Shown: in pieces, positions 49,151-62,406 of the stretch | Position numbering within the stretch: the stretch's first letter is position 1 | Layout: each line of letters begins with the position of its first letter | DNA from: Anthoceros angustus | Lineage: Eukaryota > Plantae > Anthocerotophyta | DNA: 64,000 nt | Reading direction: 5' to 3' | Assembly (NCBI GenBank): GCA_010909165.1 | Contig: MU008152.1 | Coordinates: 558,001-622,000 of the forward strand | The notes under the pieces: generated by a model | Told to the model about the DNA's origin: nothing | What the model saw: the letters and a program-made list of their open reading frames with translations, nothing else | The model's database searches: none | Translations under genes and position numbers: made by a program

Positions 49151-49726
49151 GGAACTGCCCCTGCAGTGTTTGCAGTATGAACCATTTTGCATCGTTCAGC
49201 TGGGAAATCGCTTTCTTCACCAAGCATTTGTAAATACTTCCTGCGTTCCACACGACATGTGACACATACAAATAGAGATAGAGATCATACTGTATACATG
49301 GGGTAATCGTAGAGACCACCTAGGGCAGACGTCCGTGGCGAGCGATTTCAACTCTAATTTAAGACATCTAACAGTTACCCAACCGGGCTACGAATGAATG
49401 AAACTTATGAGACAAAATGAGAATTTATGCCCCTCAAGATTCAGAGATACCAGACCATAGGAGGCCAACGTTAACAGATCCCAAAAAGCACCTAGAAACG
49501 ACACTAGAAGGTGCAGTTCATTTAGCTTTTCACACTCCAGAAGATGCAGAATATTGTACAATCTTCTACAACTTCCACATGTGGCTTCAGATTCGTGTGT
49601 CCTACACCTCATGGCACACTTTCATGAGGATCAAAGGAAATGTCATTGGCTTAGTGATAAAAAGTTTCACATTATGCTAACCTTAAGTTGTAAGGAGAGA
49701 TCGAGATTGATCATAGGACAAATGCA

Positions 49727-49990
49727 GGCCTAGTTTATATAAGCACTAGTCAACCATAGGGGTTGTCACAAATATATATCAAAATATATCTTTAAATATT
49801 TTAAATATATGTGTATTATCAATAAAAATAAAAGTCAAAATTATGAATATGAAAGTGATTATGAGTCAAATCTTGGCCTAGTTTATATAAGCACTAATCA
49901 ACCATAGGAGTTGGCACAAATGTATGTCAAAACATATCTTCAAAGATTATATATATATGTATTATCAATGGAAATAAAAGTCAAAATTAG
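49727..49990. repeat. ~150-bp AT-rich direct duplication
   Basis: ggcctagtttatataagcacta.tcaaccatagg...tattatcaat..aaataaaagtcaaaatta at ~49727 and ~49876. Confidence 0.85.
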
Positions 49991-50059
49991 GACATGCCAC
50001 CCTCATCTTGGGAGCAGGTGCAGAGGAGAAGTCATTCACTTCAGCCACGATCTTAAGGA

Positions 50060-50383
50060 ATTTTGATTTAAGATCTACATGCAACTTCAAATATTTAGAC
50101 TTCCATGTCGTTGATTTAAGATCTACATACAACTTCAAATATAGACTTCCATGTCGATGATTTAAGATCTACGTAATCCAACTTCAAATATTTAGACTTC
50201 CATGTCGTTGATTTAAGATCTACATGCAACTTCAAATATTTAGACTTCCATGTCGATGATTTAAGATCTACGTAATGCAACTTCAAATATTTAGACTTCC
50301 ATGTCGATGATTTAAGACCTACGTAATGCAACTTCAAATATTTAGACTTCCATGTCTACATGTCTCGGAGTCGAATAATATGG
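50060..50383. repeat. Inverted copy of the 48/51-bp minisatellite block at 4836-5258
   Basis: Reverse complement matches, including the unique flank ccatattattcgactccgagacatgtagacatg and the end cttaaatcaaaatt. Confidence 0.92.
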
Positions 50384-51497
50384 TGTAATGGTCATGAGAC
50401 TAGGTCGGGTGAGCCCGCGCGCGAGAGCAGTTCCACACGAAAAGAGCTGCTTGCTTAAGTTGAGCCGTGGGCTTTGTACAATGGAGGGGCGCAATAACGG
50501 GCCCTGGTTACGCCATTTACCTGGCGCGTATTCACGGCCCGTGATCCTAGCTGCTCTTCTACCCGTGATCGGCGTTAGGTAACTTAGGCTGCAGACCAGT
50601 CACTCAAGCGGGTTATCGAATCAAGTGGTCGTAAAGTCGCGGCCTCGTCTGGGGCCTCGACGCGCCCAGTTGATTTTTTTTCGGGGTAGTGGAGGTGAAT
50701 TTTTAGAGAGAGAATTGACCTTTTGGTCATTTTTTTACCCAATATAGTAAAATTCATTACAATATAGTGAAAAACATGCCAAGTGGAGTGAAAATGATCT
50801 ACCATCAAGGTAGAAAATAGAGCACTAGAGTAGAAAAAATGACGACCAAGTGAATACCAGGTGCATCTAGTAGAAGCTCATTCTAGAAATCCCATCAAAA
50901 TCGCTAATCGACAAAACATTTTTCTTAAATAATATTCATGCGGATCCGTGGATATACAAAACCAACAAGAAACCTTTTCTTTGCAGAGTTTCGATATCCG
51001 TAATGGCATGAAATACAAATTCAACTAATGAAGAGTAAATACCAATAGATTGAACTCGCTTCAACAACAATGAAACCTACAAACAAAACGAAAATTAGCA
51101 CCCAAACCGTAATTAGGCTACTAGAAAACACCGGAAATAATCATAACAAATACTTACAATGATACTCACCTTATTTTGGGAAATTAACGTAATTATATGA
51201 TTGAAAATGTAATTTTCACGACCACTTGGCTTGATTGGCACTTGTACAAGATTATCATAATTGGCAACCAATTGATGAAGCGAGGACTTGACGAAATTGT
51301 CCCTTCAAGGTCACAACCTAATAAACACAACCATTAATTTTCAATCTATTAAAATAAAGAGCATAATAAAACTTACCAATCTCGACGGATTTTCGATATA
51401 AAGGCATATCTCGAGGCACATTCTTCCGCCATGTTGTCTTTCCCACGCAATCTCGAACCTCTTGCTTTTTCGCCGCCGCTTGAGTTTCTCTTGATGC

Positions 51498-51761
51498 TTA
51501 ATGCTCTTGTCTCCTCTCCACATTTCTCCGCCTCAATCTCAAGGGCTTTCTCTTGCTTAGAGACTGTAATTCAACCGCACGCCTCTCTATAAGTGCCTCC
51601 AAATCCTTTTGCTGAAACCCCCTGCTTCGCTTATCATACTCCACCTGCTCGAGATCTCGAAGCCGCTCAAAGCACTTCCATTTCCATTTGCTGTGCAATA
51701 TATCCAGAGGTGCTACCACAGCCACACTTCCTGGCCCGGGGATGATCACACTCACGCACAA
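51498..51761 (-). pseudogene. Charged coiled-coil-like exon downstream of the recombinase gene
   Basis: CFERLRDLEQVEYDKRSRGFQQKDLEALIERRAVELQSL. Linkage to the recombinase gene is inferred only from strand and proximity. Confidence 0.3.
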
Positions 51762-52499
51762 TGCCCTCCAAGAGGGGCCATCGCATCGACTTCCATCGTC
51801 AGTATCAATGTTGTGAGGGATGTAAGGTCGCTTACACTAGTCGCAGGATTCACAACGCCAAGAACACAATTAGAAACTCCAAAAGAATGAAAACAACAAA
51901 CAAATGACAAAGAATCAACCTTGTCAACATATGGAATTTTCAAGAACACTCGTTGGTCCGCTTTATCCATCTGGATGCCTTGGCCACCGCTTGGAGGTAT
52001 GTTTGCAACCAAAACACCACGCCTCCCACCGCCAAGAATAAAACCAAGATGATTAAAAATCATCCAACATGGCCTCTACAACAAAGGAACTTGACAATAC
52101 CAACTCGAACTTCAGACACAATGGACCACATGGTGCGAAAACTCGCACATTGTTGGTCCGCTTTCATGATGAACAACAGGAGTGGCCACAGAGTAAGACC
52201 GATAAAAACAAGTCGACACGTGGATTTTGACAAAGTCCCTATACTTGCAACAAATCTCAAACACTTACATTGTTATATGTTGCACTTGCAAGGCGCCGAT
52301 CTTCGCCGACTAAAATACTATTTCGTGAGTCACATTCGACTGATGGAAGAACACCCTTAAATCATCCCGCATCCGATTGAGTTCTTCGCTCAAAGCTCTG
52401 ATAGGATCGCTCACCGTGAACAAGAACTCTTGTTGCACTGTTTGCTTGACCGACATATCTCGCAAAACATCGAACGTGTGAAGGAGCATACAAAGGACT

Positions 52500-54433
52500 C
52501 AAATGTCACAAGCTTTCACATATTACCTTGAAAATCCAAAGATCCGTTTTATGGCCACACACTTCTCCCAAAGATCAAGGCACCGAGCCATCACGCGTGT
52601 AATCATCACATACGGCAGCTCTTATTGGTGTAATAGCCAACAAGCCCAGCCATCCATGGTCTTCATAACCTTGACATTCCTTTCGATACACGAAGTTTTG
52701 CATACCAAGCCTAGCCAAGAAACATACAGTTAGAAAATTCAAACCACAAACTCAAGCCCAATCAACCACAAACTTACATTTGATCTTGGGTTATCAATGG
52801 TTGAATTGAAGAGAAACCCCTGAATTGACACATTCTTGTCGTTTGCAGACCACTTAGGAGAGTGATCAATAACTTTAAAAGTTTCAATCACGTCCTTTTC
52901 GTAGTTTTTGACCTTTTGGCGGAAATGCTCACTCTGGTAATTCTTCATGTCCACTCTGTAATTTTTTGAAAGCCGTTCTTCATACCTGCAAATGAAGACG
53001 AGCACATCAAAACGTCAAAGAAACAATAAAACAGTACATCAAAACATCAAGACAGAACATCAAAACAAAGTGACAATAAAACAAATCAACCAAAACATAC
53101 TGAACGAAAGGTCCGCCTGAATGTGATGAAAATGAGAAGTCCCTAATGAGCAGGTTATGCAACTCTTCACCACCTCGAACTCCAAACCTCATGCAAAATA
53201 TGCACACACGCAAACAATATATAAGAGCTCTGTTTAAGACCATAAATGAACAATCAAAGTGCACCCCAAAACCAACAATATTACCTTTTTGAGCCCCCCC
53301 AAATGAGCATTGATGATCTCGTGAAAGAATCGCTCATCATCGAAATCAACTTCACCTCTTTCGACATGACACAATCCCAAGGTCCTTGCTTTTCATGGAC
53401 GCAACACGGACCCATGGAAAATTCCATGAAACATGTTGATCAGGAACATCGTAACTAAGCCGGCTTTGGTTGTGATGCACTTCCTTGTTAAAATTCGGTT
53501 AAAACCCACGAAGAAAGACATCACCGCAAGTGAAGATCGAATCATCATGTGAAAGAAAGTCGAACTATCAAAATCATCAAGATACTTACGCTTCGGAGAA
53601 AATCTTGTCCTTCGAGGAACTTGATGGAAAAAGGATATCAGAATAAGATTCAGATCCTTGAGAGGAATATCCTCAACAGCACTGTCCCATCCCCTCACAC
53701 CACTCACTTTCATAAAGGCCTTTAGACGACTTTGACACCAGTTATTTTGCCTTTTAGACCTATCCTCCCCACCACTCAAAGCATCATTCACAGCTCCCTC
53801 AGAGACAACGGGATCAAACCCCTGCTCCCTAAAATTTACTTCATCATCGATTTCCTCCATACCCATAGCAAAGTCATCTTCGGGACCAGCACACTTTAGC
53901 CTCTCAAACATATCAAGGACTTCTTGATCAGGGATGACTCCAGGGTCAGGAACCAAAACAGGCATGGAAAACTGGCCAGCCTGTAAACCATCCTGTTCAA
54001 CCACACCACACAAATCTCTAGACTCTAGACAGGCTTTGGCGGCGGTCACAACCATGGGATCGTCAGTTATCAAAATCATTCTCCCTACAAAGCTGGACCC
54101 CTCTCTCGGACCTTTGGGACATAGTTAGTAATGCTCGAAAGGACCTTGATACCCACGGGTTGAGTGTCACCCTTCTCCTCTTACTGAAACTGTGCCCGTC
54201 AGGCATCCTTCTTGGATGAGAAGTGCCTTGGCGGTTTAGGAATGCCTTTTTGGAACTAAATATGTTCCTTCCACTGCCGAGACACCATCAACTTTACCAT
54301 CATCCTGCGATTGGATGAGTTGCGATGTGGAGAGAGCGGTGACTTAACTTTAGTGTCAGTGTTAGCCATGACTTCCATGAGGACCTTGCTTCTTTCCGGT
54401 CGAAGGCCCGGTGGGTTTCCTTTTAGGTGCCAT
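52500..54433 (-). pseudogene. Crypton-like (DUF3504-type) tyrosine recombinase with spliceosomal introns
   Basis: MAPKRKP start at 54433. Motifs: NNWCQSRLKAFM..DLNLILISFFHQV, FGVRGGEELHNL, YEERLSKN, AWY, AGLVGYYTNKSCR and CGHKT. GT-AG introns 52986-53100 and 52711-52777 splice in frame. Stops and frameshifts are present. Confidence 0.75.
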
Positions 54434-57049
54434 CTGCAAGACACAACAACGTTAGAGTGGACAAGGAACACCAACATCCTAAAGAGAACTTGACAAACAA
54501 AAACCACAACAAAAAACACACTTATGTGGTGTTCAGAACTTCCAAATAAGAACTTCCTGCTGAAGGGTCTAACAGATGATTATAAAACAATTCAAGACGA
54601 AGGGAGGGGTGTGGGGGATATGGCACAGAACATTCATTGAATCTACACATTGTTAAATTTAGAGATCCCCTCCACTTTATGTTAGTGAGAACAGAGGACT
54701 CCTTTCCCAAAAGTACCCACATACTTCCTGTAATAAGACCCTTTTGCCAAATAATAACAAAAAAAACAAATAGCAAAAAATGTTAGGCCAGTGCACAAAC
54801 AGCTACGGACATCGCATACTAGGAGATTCAATCGTGACTAATCAGGCAAGAAGGTTATCCTGATTCACAGACAGACCAGAGTCTGAACGTTGGCAGGCCA
54901 ACCCTTCACACGATGAGCAGCAATGCCTACACACACAATTTGATGGATTAGATAACTTAAAAGTGGTACCAAAGCAAACTTGACACGACAAGGGCATATG
55001 ACCAAACATATCACAAAGGAATCATGAGGTCTAAATGTAAAGTTGACATACCAGATCAAGGGTTACACCATGGACAAATTTTCTCAACCCGACAAAGCTT
55101 GTCTGCACCAAAAGAAAACCAATAAGAACAAGAAAGCACGCTTTGCAGGCTTAAAAAACAAACAAACGATACAGAAGCATGACAGCAGGCTGCTTTGATG
55201 CAACAGGCTGATAAATGTAAAACACAGGACAAATGTAAACTGCTGTAACAGTTTAGACACCCTGTTTACCAACCCTGTCTTACGTCTAGAAAATCTTGAA
55301 ATTACTTCCTGCGTCAAACACAAGAACATAAGACAATGAGAAACTAATACTGCTCAACATTATGAAATAATGCAAGCTACTGAAAAGAATATAACTGACA
55401 GCATTTTTCAAAAGCAGCATCTGCGTAAAGACAGTATTGAAACAGAGTTTACACAAAGGACGTTCGTTGACGTACCAAACAAAATCCCGAAATGTGTCCG
55501 CCACTTAGACCGAAAACATGACTGCATCAAAAACAGCGAGGAGAGAGTAAGAACACACGAGGAAAGCGAACCCTGTCCAAGGACCGAAAACTTATACACA
55601 ACCTTCGACTGCTTAGTCACAAACACATATTAAAACGTGAGAGCAACAAAACAACACAAAGACATCGATGGCGAAACCTAAACAGAAGTTAGATCGGACA
55701 GCGCGGCGAGACAAGAAAGCGGCGTGAGCAAAACAAAACCAAAGCATGGAACGGAGCGGCATCAAGCGGTAGATAAAGAGGTCACTTCAACAAAACAAAA
55801 CAAAACAAGTTATAGCGGCGTTCTGAAGGTGAAAAAAAACAGGAAGGTGAAAGTATGGCACATGGAGCAGGACCTACAAAACAAAACTTAGCCTAGAAGC
55901 AACCAGGCGAAACTACGGGGCGAAGGCGATTCTTCTGGTCGATTTCAAAAAAGCGAGACACAATAGATGGGCTGGCGTCAACGGCAAAACAAGTCAACAA
56001 GAGAAATGCGATGCGAGAAATCGGCTAGAACCAAAACTTATCTGAGAAAGTTAAAAGCTGTTTAAGCGACAAACACATATCAAACGTCACGGCAAAACAA
56101 GAACACACGGCGAAGAATAAAGTCGGATCGGAATCAGAACACGAAAACAAGCGAGATGCAAGCGTACCAAGCCATGGAACCAGACGACAACAAGCGAACA
56201 GATAAATGGTCACTTCCAACAATCAAACAGAAACGACCGTTTAGAGAAGGTCAAAAAAGAACACAGGTATCACACATGGAACAGACATGAACAACCTTAG
56301 CCTAGATGCAACAACAGAAGAAGGCTCCAGGACGCAGACAGTTACTGCTGGTCATTTTCACAAAAACGAAGCAGACACCATCGACGCTGGCATCAATAGA
56401 AAACATGATAATTTTTGAAGGGGGTGAATAATCTCGAAGGTGGTTTTCCGCAAATAATCTCTGAAGGGGGTTTTTGATGGGCCTAAAGCAGCGTTTGAAG
56501 GCATTCAACTCCGAAAAAGGGTGTCACCAGTAAAGTTACTACTTTCCATCCGGCAATGTTTGTATGGGAATGGTGTAAACTCAAACCTACGGGAATAATG
56601 CAAAGTAGGAGCGGTGAGAAGGCCGTTCTGCCGGGAAGACATTGTAAACTCGGTTTGGGAGGAAAATGTGGTTTTTTATGACACCACAAAAGCCACAGAC
56701 GAGTATTTCCCTACGGTAACATCGGCAACAGACTTACAACATTAACTCAGGACCCCGGGAAAAACGAGATTTCTTTCCTCATCCCCGAGTTCAATCCTTC
56801 GTCATCACTTGGTCCAGCTTCTCCTCCATTGTCATCATTATCGCTGCACTTTGACTCATGAGGTTGTATTAAACCACTTCATGAGCTTATCCCTGCTCGC
56901 TTTTTGTCCACATACGGATGTTTAGGAGAGTACCCTCTACACTCACCGACCAAATCTGAGGCTCGATTTGATGGCATTTGCTTCTAAGGTTAGCCTTCAT
57001 TCAAGGTTGCTTCTAAGGTTAGCCTCTGAATTTTCGATGGAAGTGCCCG

Positions 57050-57965
57050 CGTGCGAGAGTGCGTGGAAGGGAGGGCCACAATGGGCACGCGAGGAGGCGG
57101 CGGCGGCGCCTCTCGTTCGCTCCACCGTCGGGCATAAAGTGCGGTGGTGCGGAGGAGGTGCCGGCGGCGGCGCCCTCCCTCACCACCGGCCTGGTGGCGC
57201 GTGGAGGGCGCCGGCGGCCGGCGGCGGCGCCCTATCCACGCACCGTCGGGGTTTACAGGTGGTGGCGGAGGGATGGCGCCGGCCGGCCGGCGCCTCCTGC
57301 ACCACCAGCCGTATGCCCGACGGGTGGAGGCGCGACGGGCGGCCGGCGCGCGCCCTCCTCACGCACCACCCTCGTAGCCCGCGGGTGGCGGCGTGGAGGC
57401 GCGGCGGCGGCGCCCTCGCTGCTGCGCACCACCGTTGCCCACCCTACGGGTGGTTGGCGTGGCGGCCGGCGGCGGCGCCTCCCACGCCACCCATCGGTGG
57501 GCCTCGGGTAGTCTTGGAGCGGGCGCCGGCGGCCCCTCCTTAGCACCCGTCGGTGCAGGCGGGTGGAGCTAGAGGCGGCCGGCCCGCTGCCTCCATGAGC
57601 GCCGGCCGGCGCCCTCCCCAACATGCCACTGCTCATGGGCGGCCGGCGGCCGGCCTCCCCTAACACACCCTGCCCGGGGCGCGGCAGGCGCCCTAACTGG
57701 TGCCGCCCATGGCGCGGCCCGGCGCCTCCTACACACCACGCCCATGGGCGGCCGGCGGCGTCCTCTGCACACCACGCCCCGTAATGCCGTTAGGCGCCCT
57801 CCCTAACACACCTGCCCATGGCGCCCCCCCACCCGCGCCCTCCCTTGGGCGCCGCCGGCGCCCACCAACATGCCATGCCTTGCCTTGGCCATGGGCCGGC
57901 GGCGCCCTCCCCTGCACACCTTGCCCTACCTATAGGCGCCGGCAGGCCGGCGCCCTCCTCATAGG
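57050..57965. repeat. Very GC-rich low-complexity island with recurring ggcggcgccctcc and ccggccggcg motifs
   Basis: Abrupt compositional shift, with the motifs in both orientations. Confidence 0.75.
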
Positions 57966-58149
57966 TTGTCTTTAAGAAAATTAATATGTAGTGGCTCAAT
58001 TGATTTGTAACTTGGGATTGTTGGTCTAGTGTTTGGGAAAAAGGTTTGGTAATGAATAGGTTCGGGGTTCAAAACCTATATCTTTTTAATAACTCAACTT
58101 TGTTGATTTTAAGGATGCTTGCATGGGCGCATGGGCAACTAACTTTGTT

Positions 58150-58520
58150 CATTTTAAGAATGGCATTGCCTTAAAGCCCAAGTGGTTGCATTGAGTGCGG
58201 AAGGTTGAAGACTACATTGGCGACCTTTTGGATGAGGTCGACAAACCCTAGATCTTTGTGTGGCGGTCCACCGTCGGATAGTGGGCCGGGGAATGATACT
58301 ATTGAAGCGAGCAAGCAATGGAGAGCGATAACTTTGAGGCGGGCGATATGGACGCATCCGGTATGGTGGTTCTTGACTCGATGTCGGTGCAAGGCATGGA
58401 TGAGTCGAGGCCACTCTTCAATGACTATTATCGATGGCGATGACCACTCCCTCCTTTAGCGGATGTTTGTTGCAATGTTCTTCTGACGATTAAAATGAGA
58501 CTCCCTCTAGTACAGTTGTT
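58150..58520 (+). pseudogene. Possible CACTA transposase N-terminal remnant
   Basis: An acidic stretch followed by AMTTPSFSGC, weakly like the A-x-TPL(Y/F)-x-GC motif of En/Spm transposases. Very degenerate. Confidence 0.25.
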
Positions 58521-58559
58521 TTCATTGTGTTCCACCACTTCAAAGTAAAAGTTTTGGTT

Positions 58560-59990
58560 GTAATAAACATATAAAAATGGCAGCCCTCTAAACATTCTAC
58601 AAAAGCGCGGGCCCGCACCCTCATGCTCCAGTTCTAGGGTAGTGTTCACTTGAAAGTCGTCTTTTATCAAGGTATGACCTCGGAAAGGGTGTGTGCATTA
58701 TCAAAGTAGGGCACATATGCTGTTCTAGGTAAGGTGTTCTTCGTGACAAGGGGGTGCTGTGGCGACCGAAGGGGGTTACTATATTCCCCCCCTTCAAAAA
58801 TTATCGTGTTAGAAAACAAAATCAACAAAGACAACCTACAGCAACGAGTAATCAGCTAGCAACAAAGAGCTATCGGCGAACACAAACCAAATACCATCCT
58901 AGCAAAATAGTCATTCCCTATCATTTAGGAACCGCCTGACAAAAACAACATCGAAAGCGGGGCAAGGAAATCGAACAAGCGATACAAAAGCCAAAATGGT
59001 GACGGTGAACACAACACTAAAACCGCTGCCCAAGGCAAAAACCGCGAACATACGCGGCGAGAACTTACTCTGGGCGTATACAACACAACATAAGCGCACA
59101 AAACAACAAAAGCGAAACAATAGACATCGGGACAACACAAAACAACGTAAGCGCAAATGGACAGCGACTTCAAATAAAGAGGGGCCCAACCTTTAAGCTG
59201 ACGAAACCTCGGCCTTGATTGCCAATCAATCTTAGCGCCGGACTAAGCAACAAGCTAACACGAGAGGCAAGGACACCTTGACCTTCGGACCCGAAACCCC
59301 TTGGCCTTGAAAAGAACCGATGCGGACCAACAACACCTTGGCCTTGAACAATCTTCACGAGACCTTGGCAGCGAAGGCGGGAAAAACCTTAGCCTTCGAA
59401 AGGACCTGAAAGACACATTGGCCCAAAAACTTGAACAAAAGCCTAGAAGCCTAGAAGCCTAGAACACCTTGGCCTTCAAAAGAAGGCTACAAAAAGAGCT
59501 AAGCCTTGAGGCGACAATCCTTAGCTGCGAAACTAGAACTAGCACTCATAAGACTTGACAAAGCACAGAAGCATGCACAAGGCATTGGCCTTGGCCCTAC
59601 GAAAAACAACAGGCACCAGGCCTTGGCCTTCAAGCAGAGGAGGAAAGACCTTGGCCTCTGAAACTAGGCGAGCAGGGCCTAAGCTTTCGGACGGACCTTT
59701 TGGACCACCTCGGCCAAGAATGACAGAATGGGAAAAGACCTCCTGCTTTGGAGAAGCCATTTATATAGGCCAGGAAACCCTAAACCTTCTCCCTCTGGCG
59801 GCGCCGCCATTCTCTCTCTACCAAAGCAAATTTGAATTAACCAAACCTAAGATTCCGAGCCGGATTCCAAACCTACTTAGGTTCGCCATTCGCTGCCGCC
59901 GCCGCCCTGTTCAACCAAACCTAGGTTCTTGATTCCAAACCTAGCCTAACCTTTCAAATCGATCTCGAACCCCGATGCGTGGCGTAACGA
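58560..59990 (-). mobile_element. Possible non-coding LTR-element remnant
   Basis: The minus strand has a PPT-like aagggggggaa followed by TATAGTAAC (~58786), and a TATA box cctatataaatggc at ~59760. No partner LTR was found. Confidence 0.3.
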
Positions 59991-61726
59991 ACCGTCCAAC
60001 CACGGGGCCACGCCACATTGCCGTCGAACCATCTAGAACTTTCAGTTTTCAGTACTTAAACAGCACACATAGGGTTTTTGTTCACTTCTGCCCAACATGC
60101 CGCCAGGCTGCTCGCGGAGGATGTGGCGGTCGGCGCCATCTGGGTTACGATCAGTGCCTTCGACAGAGTGCCTCTTGCTCAAAGTTTGGCAGGTGTCCTC
60201 GGGGAAGGTCTGACGACGCAATCGGCTCCACGTTCCCTTCATCTCGGTACTGCCCACCACACGTAACAGGCGTCTGATGGGCTTCTTTCTTCAGTTGCCT
60301 AGTTTCTTGGTTCTAGTCCCTAGGTGGGTACACCAATTTGCACTCTCTGATCTTCTGCCACAATCTGATCACGTCTCTTTTTGCAGCTCACACCGGTGGC
60401 ATCCAGCTTACGCTTAGCTCACGCCCGCCATAAGACAACAAAGTCTCGCTTTGGCGTCGCCGTGGAAATGCGACGTCAAGCTCACTAACGTCGTGTCGGT
60501 TCTCCTCTATATTCGTTGAAGTCCTTTCGCCCACACCCAGCTATCTCGTGGGCTCTTGCTTCCAGCCATTGCTAGTGCATAGGCTATAATCGCTGCTGTG
60601 AGTTTGCTATTGAGAACTGCCATTCTTATCCTGTGATTTGTCGCTGTAGAAAGTCTCAGAGCCCAGCGCTGCAAAAAGCCCCTTCAAGTTCCAGCGCCAC
60701 AAGAAGTCCTCAAAGACATTAACAGGCCTACAGGTAGACAAACTGACCTTATTACCTTGGTTCTTTCCTTTCAAAGTCGGGCTAGTGCAGATCAACCGCA
60801 AGCTAGCAGGTCTTCGACAGTCTTGTCTTTGATCTGCTTGACGTTTGCGATACTGGCTTAATCTTCTGGTTGCCTTTCACCCAGGTCACGACACGCGAAC
60901 TGGCCATAAGCGATTAGTGTGCGGTCACCACAAGAACCTCTACAAGCGTAAGTCCTTCCTTCAACTGCTCTTAGAAGCTTATATCAGGCATGCGATGAAT
61001 TACGAGCATGCCTCCCGCCTTGATAATCGCGGGCATGGCGATTCGCGAAGCATGCACTGCCATTTGACTCGGGCGTAGCGATGCGGTGGTGACTCGGGCG
61101 TGGCGTGTGCGGGCCACAGCATGCTTGGGACTGCAGCTAACGCCTGCAGTCTCAACCTTCAGCGGCTGCAGTCGTATGCGACTGACATATCCTTTCCTTT
61201 CCTTTCGTTTACAGGTAGGTCGCTTGCACCTGCAGCCGTAACCGCAACAAGCCGCATGCCGTTTACCATCGGTTGTGCGTTTAACAGCGGTTGAGCTTGC
61301 ATACGTCTACAGCCATCAGTACTTCCGTTTTCATCTGTCTTCGAGGTAAGATTCTAGTATCAAAAGCTCCAGATTAATATCAGTCCTCAGGTTTTGAATT
61401 TAGTTAGAGTCAGCAACGTGTCAGTCAGCAACGTCACATGTTGTGATCAGAGTTCTTGACAAACTAATTCTTACTCCGTGTGTAGGCAGCAAGAAGCATC
61501 TTCGAGTAAGGCGGTCACGCCCGCCTCGTACCAACAGTAGAACACATCAAGTGGTCGTGCTTAACATTTTCCGTTCCTTGTGTAGGAAATCTGAACGGTT
61601 ATACTGAAAGGTTGGTATCATTTTGTTTTTAAACGCTCTGTAGAAGTAACAATGTGGCATGCACACAGCATGCAGTACAGAATCTGAAGGTACGGGCATA
61701 ATCGCATGATCCAGCACAGCAGTTGA

Positions 61727-62405
61727 CACTACAAGGAGGGGCTACCTTTTACAAATGGGTCTAAGTTTAGTTAGAGGAAACTACAACACTCTTTTCTGAC
61801 TCAAAGCCTGTTGTAAGTTTTTGAACATTTACAACAAGGGTTCCTAACTAATATGATGTGGCATGGATTTTACAACGGGGTTTGTTGACATGGCATGTTG
61901 ACACAATTTTACAACGATTTGTTGACATGGCATGTTGACACAAATTACAACGGGGTTTGTTGACATGGCTTGCTCGTTGTACATGGCGTTGTTAATTGTG
62001 CATAAACTCTTTTGATTTAGAAAACTATGGGGGTTATTTGTTAATAAAACTACATTTTGTTGAATTTATAATGACGTGGCATAAAGGATGTTATAAGCGG
62101 TACTTGTAAAAGGCGTTGTAAACCATGTTTGTTGTAGATGTGGTTGTAAATTGTGCAAGACTTGATTTTTGGAATAATACCATTTATTGGAATATCTATG
62201 AATAGATTTATTATTTGCTGATGTGGCAAGTTCGTTGCAAATGATGTTGTAAATATGTTTCTCTGGATTTATGTTAGTTATGGGATTATCTTTTTTTTTT
62301 GTATTCTTGGCGTGTCACATGCATTGTAGCTATGGTTGTAAAAGCATGAAAACCATTTTATATAAATATCTATAAATAAATTTATTATTTGCTGCAAGCT
62401 CATTG
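61727..62405. mobile_element. CACTA (En/Spm) element terminus with subterminal repeats
   Basis: CACTACAAG at 61727, followed by many tttacaac(g) and (g/c)gttgtaaa motifs in both orientations. Cut off at the N at 62406. Confidence 0.75.
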
Positions 62406-62406
62406 N

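Noticed and set aside
4836-50383. A giant 45-kb element with the inverted minisatellites as TIRs
   Set aside because: The shared terminus faces inward, there is no TSD, and the left copy continues outward as ordinary family A repeat.
50676-56764. Terminal inverted repeats for the Crypton-like element (ttttttcggggt / accccgggaaaaa)
   Set aside because: The match is short, imperfect and low-complexity, and could arise by chance. A second full copy is needed.
56968-57999. Many Ala/Arg/Gly/Pro-rich ORFs on both strands
   Set aside because: Expected in extremely GC-rich DNA where stop codons are rare.
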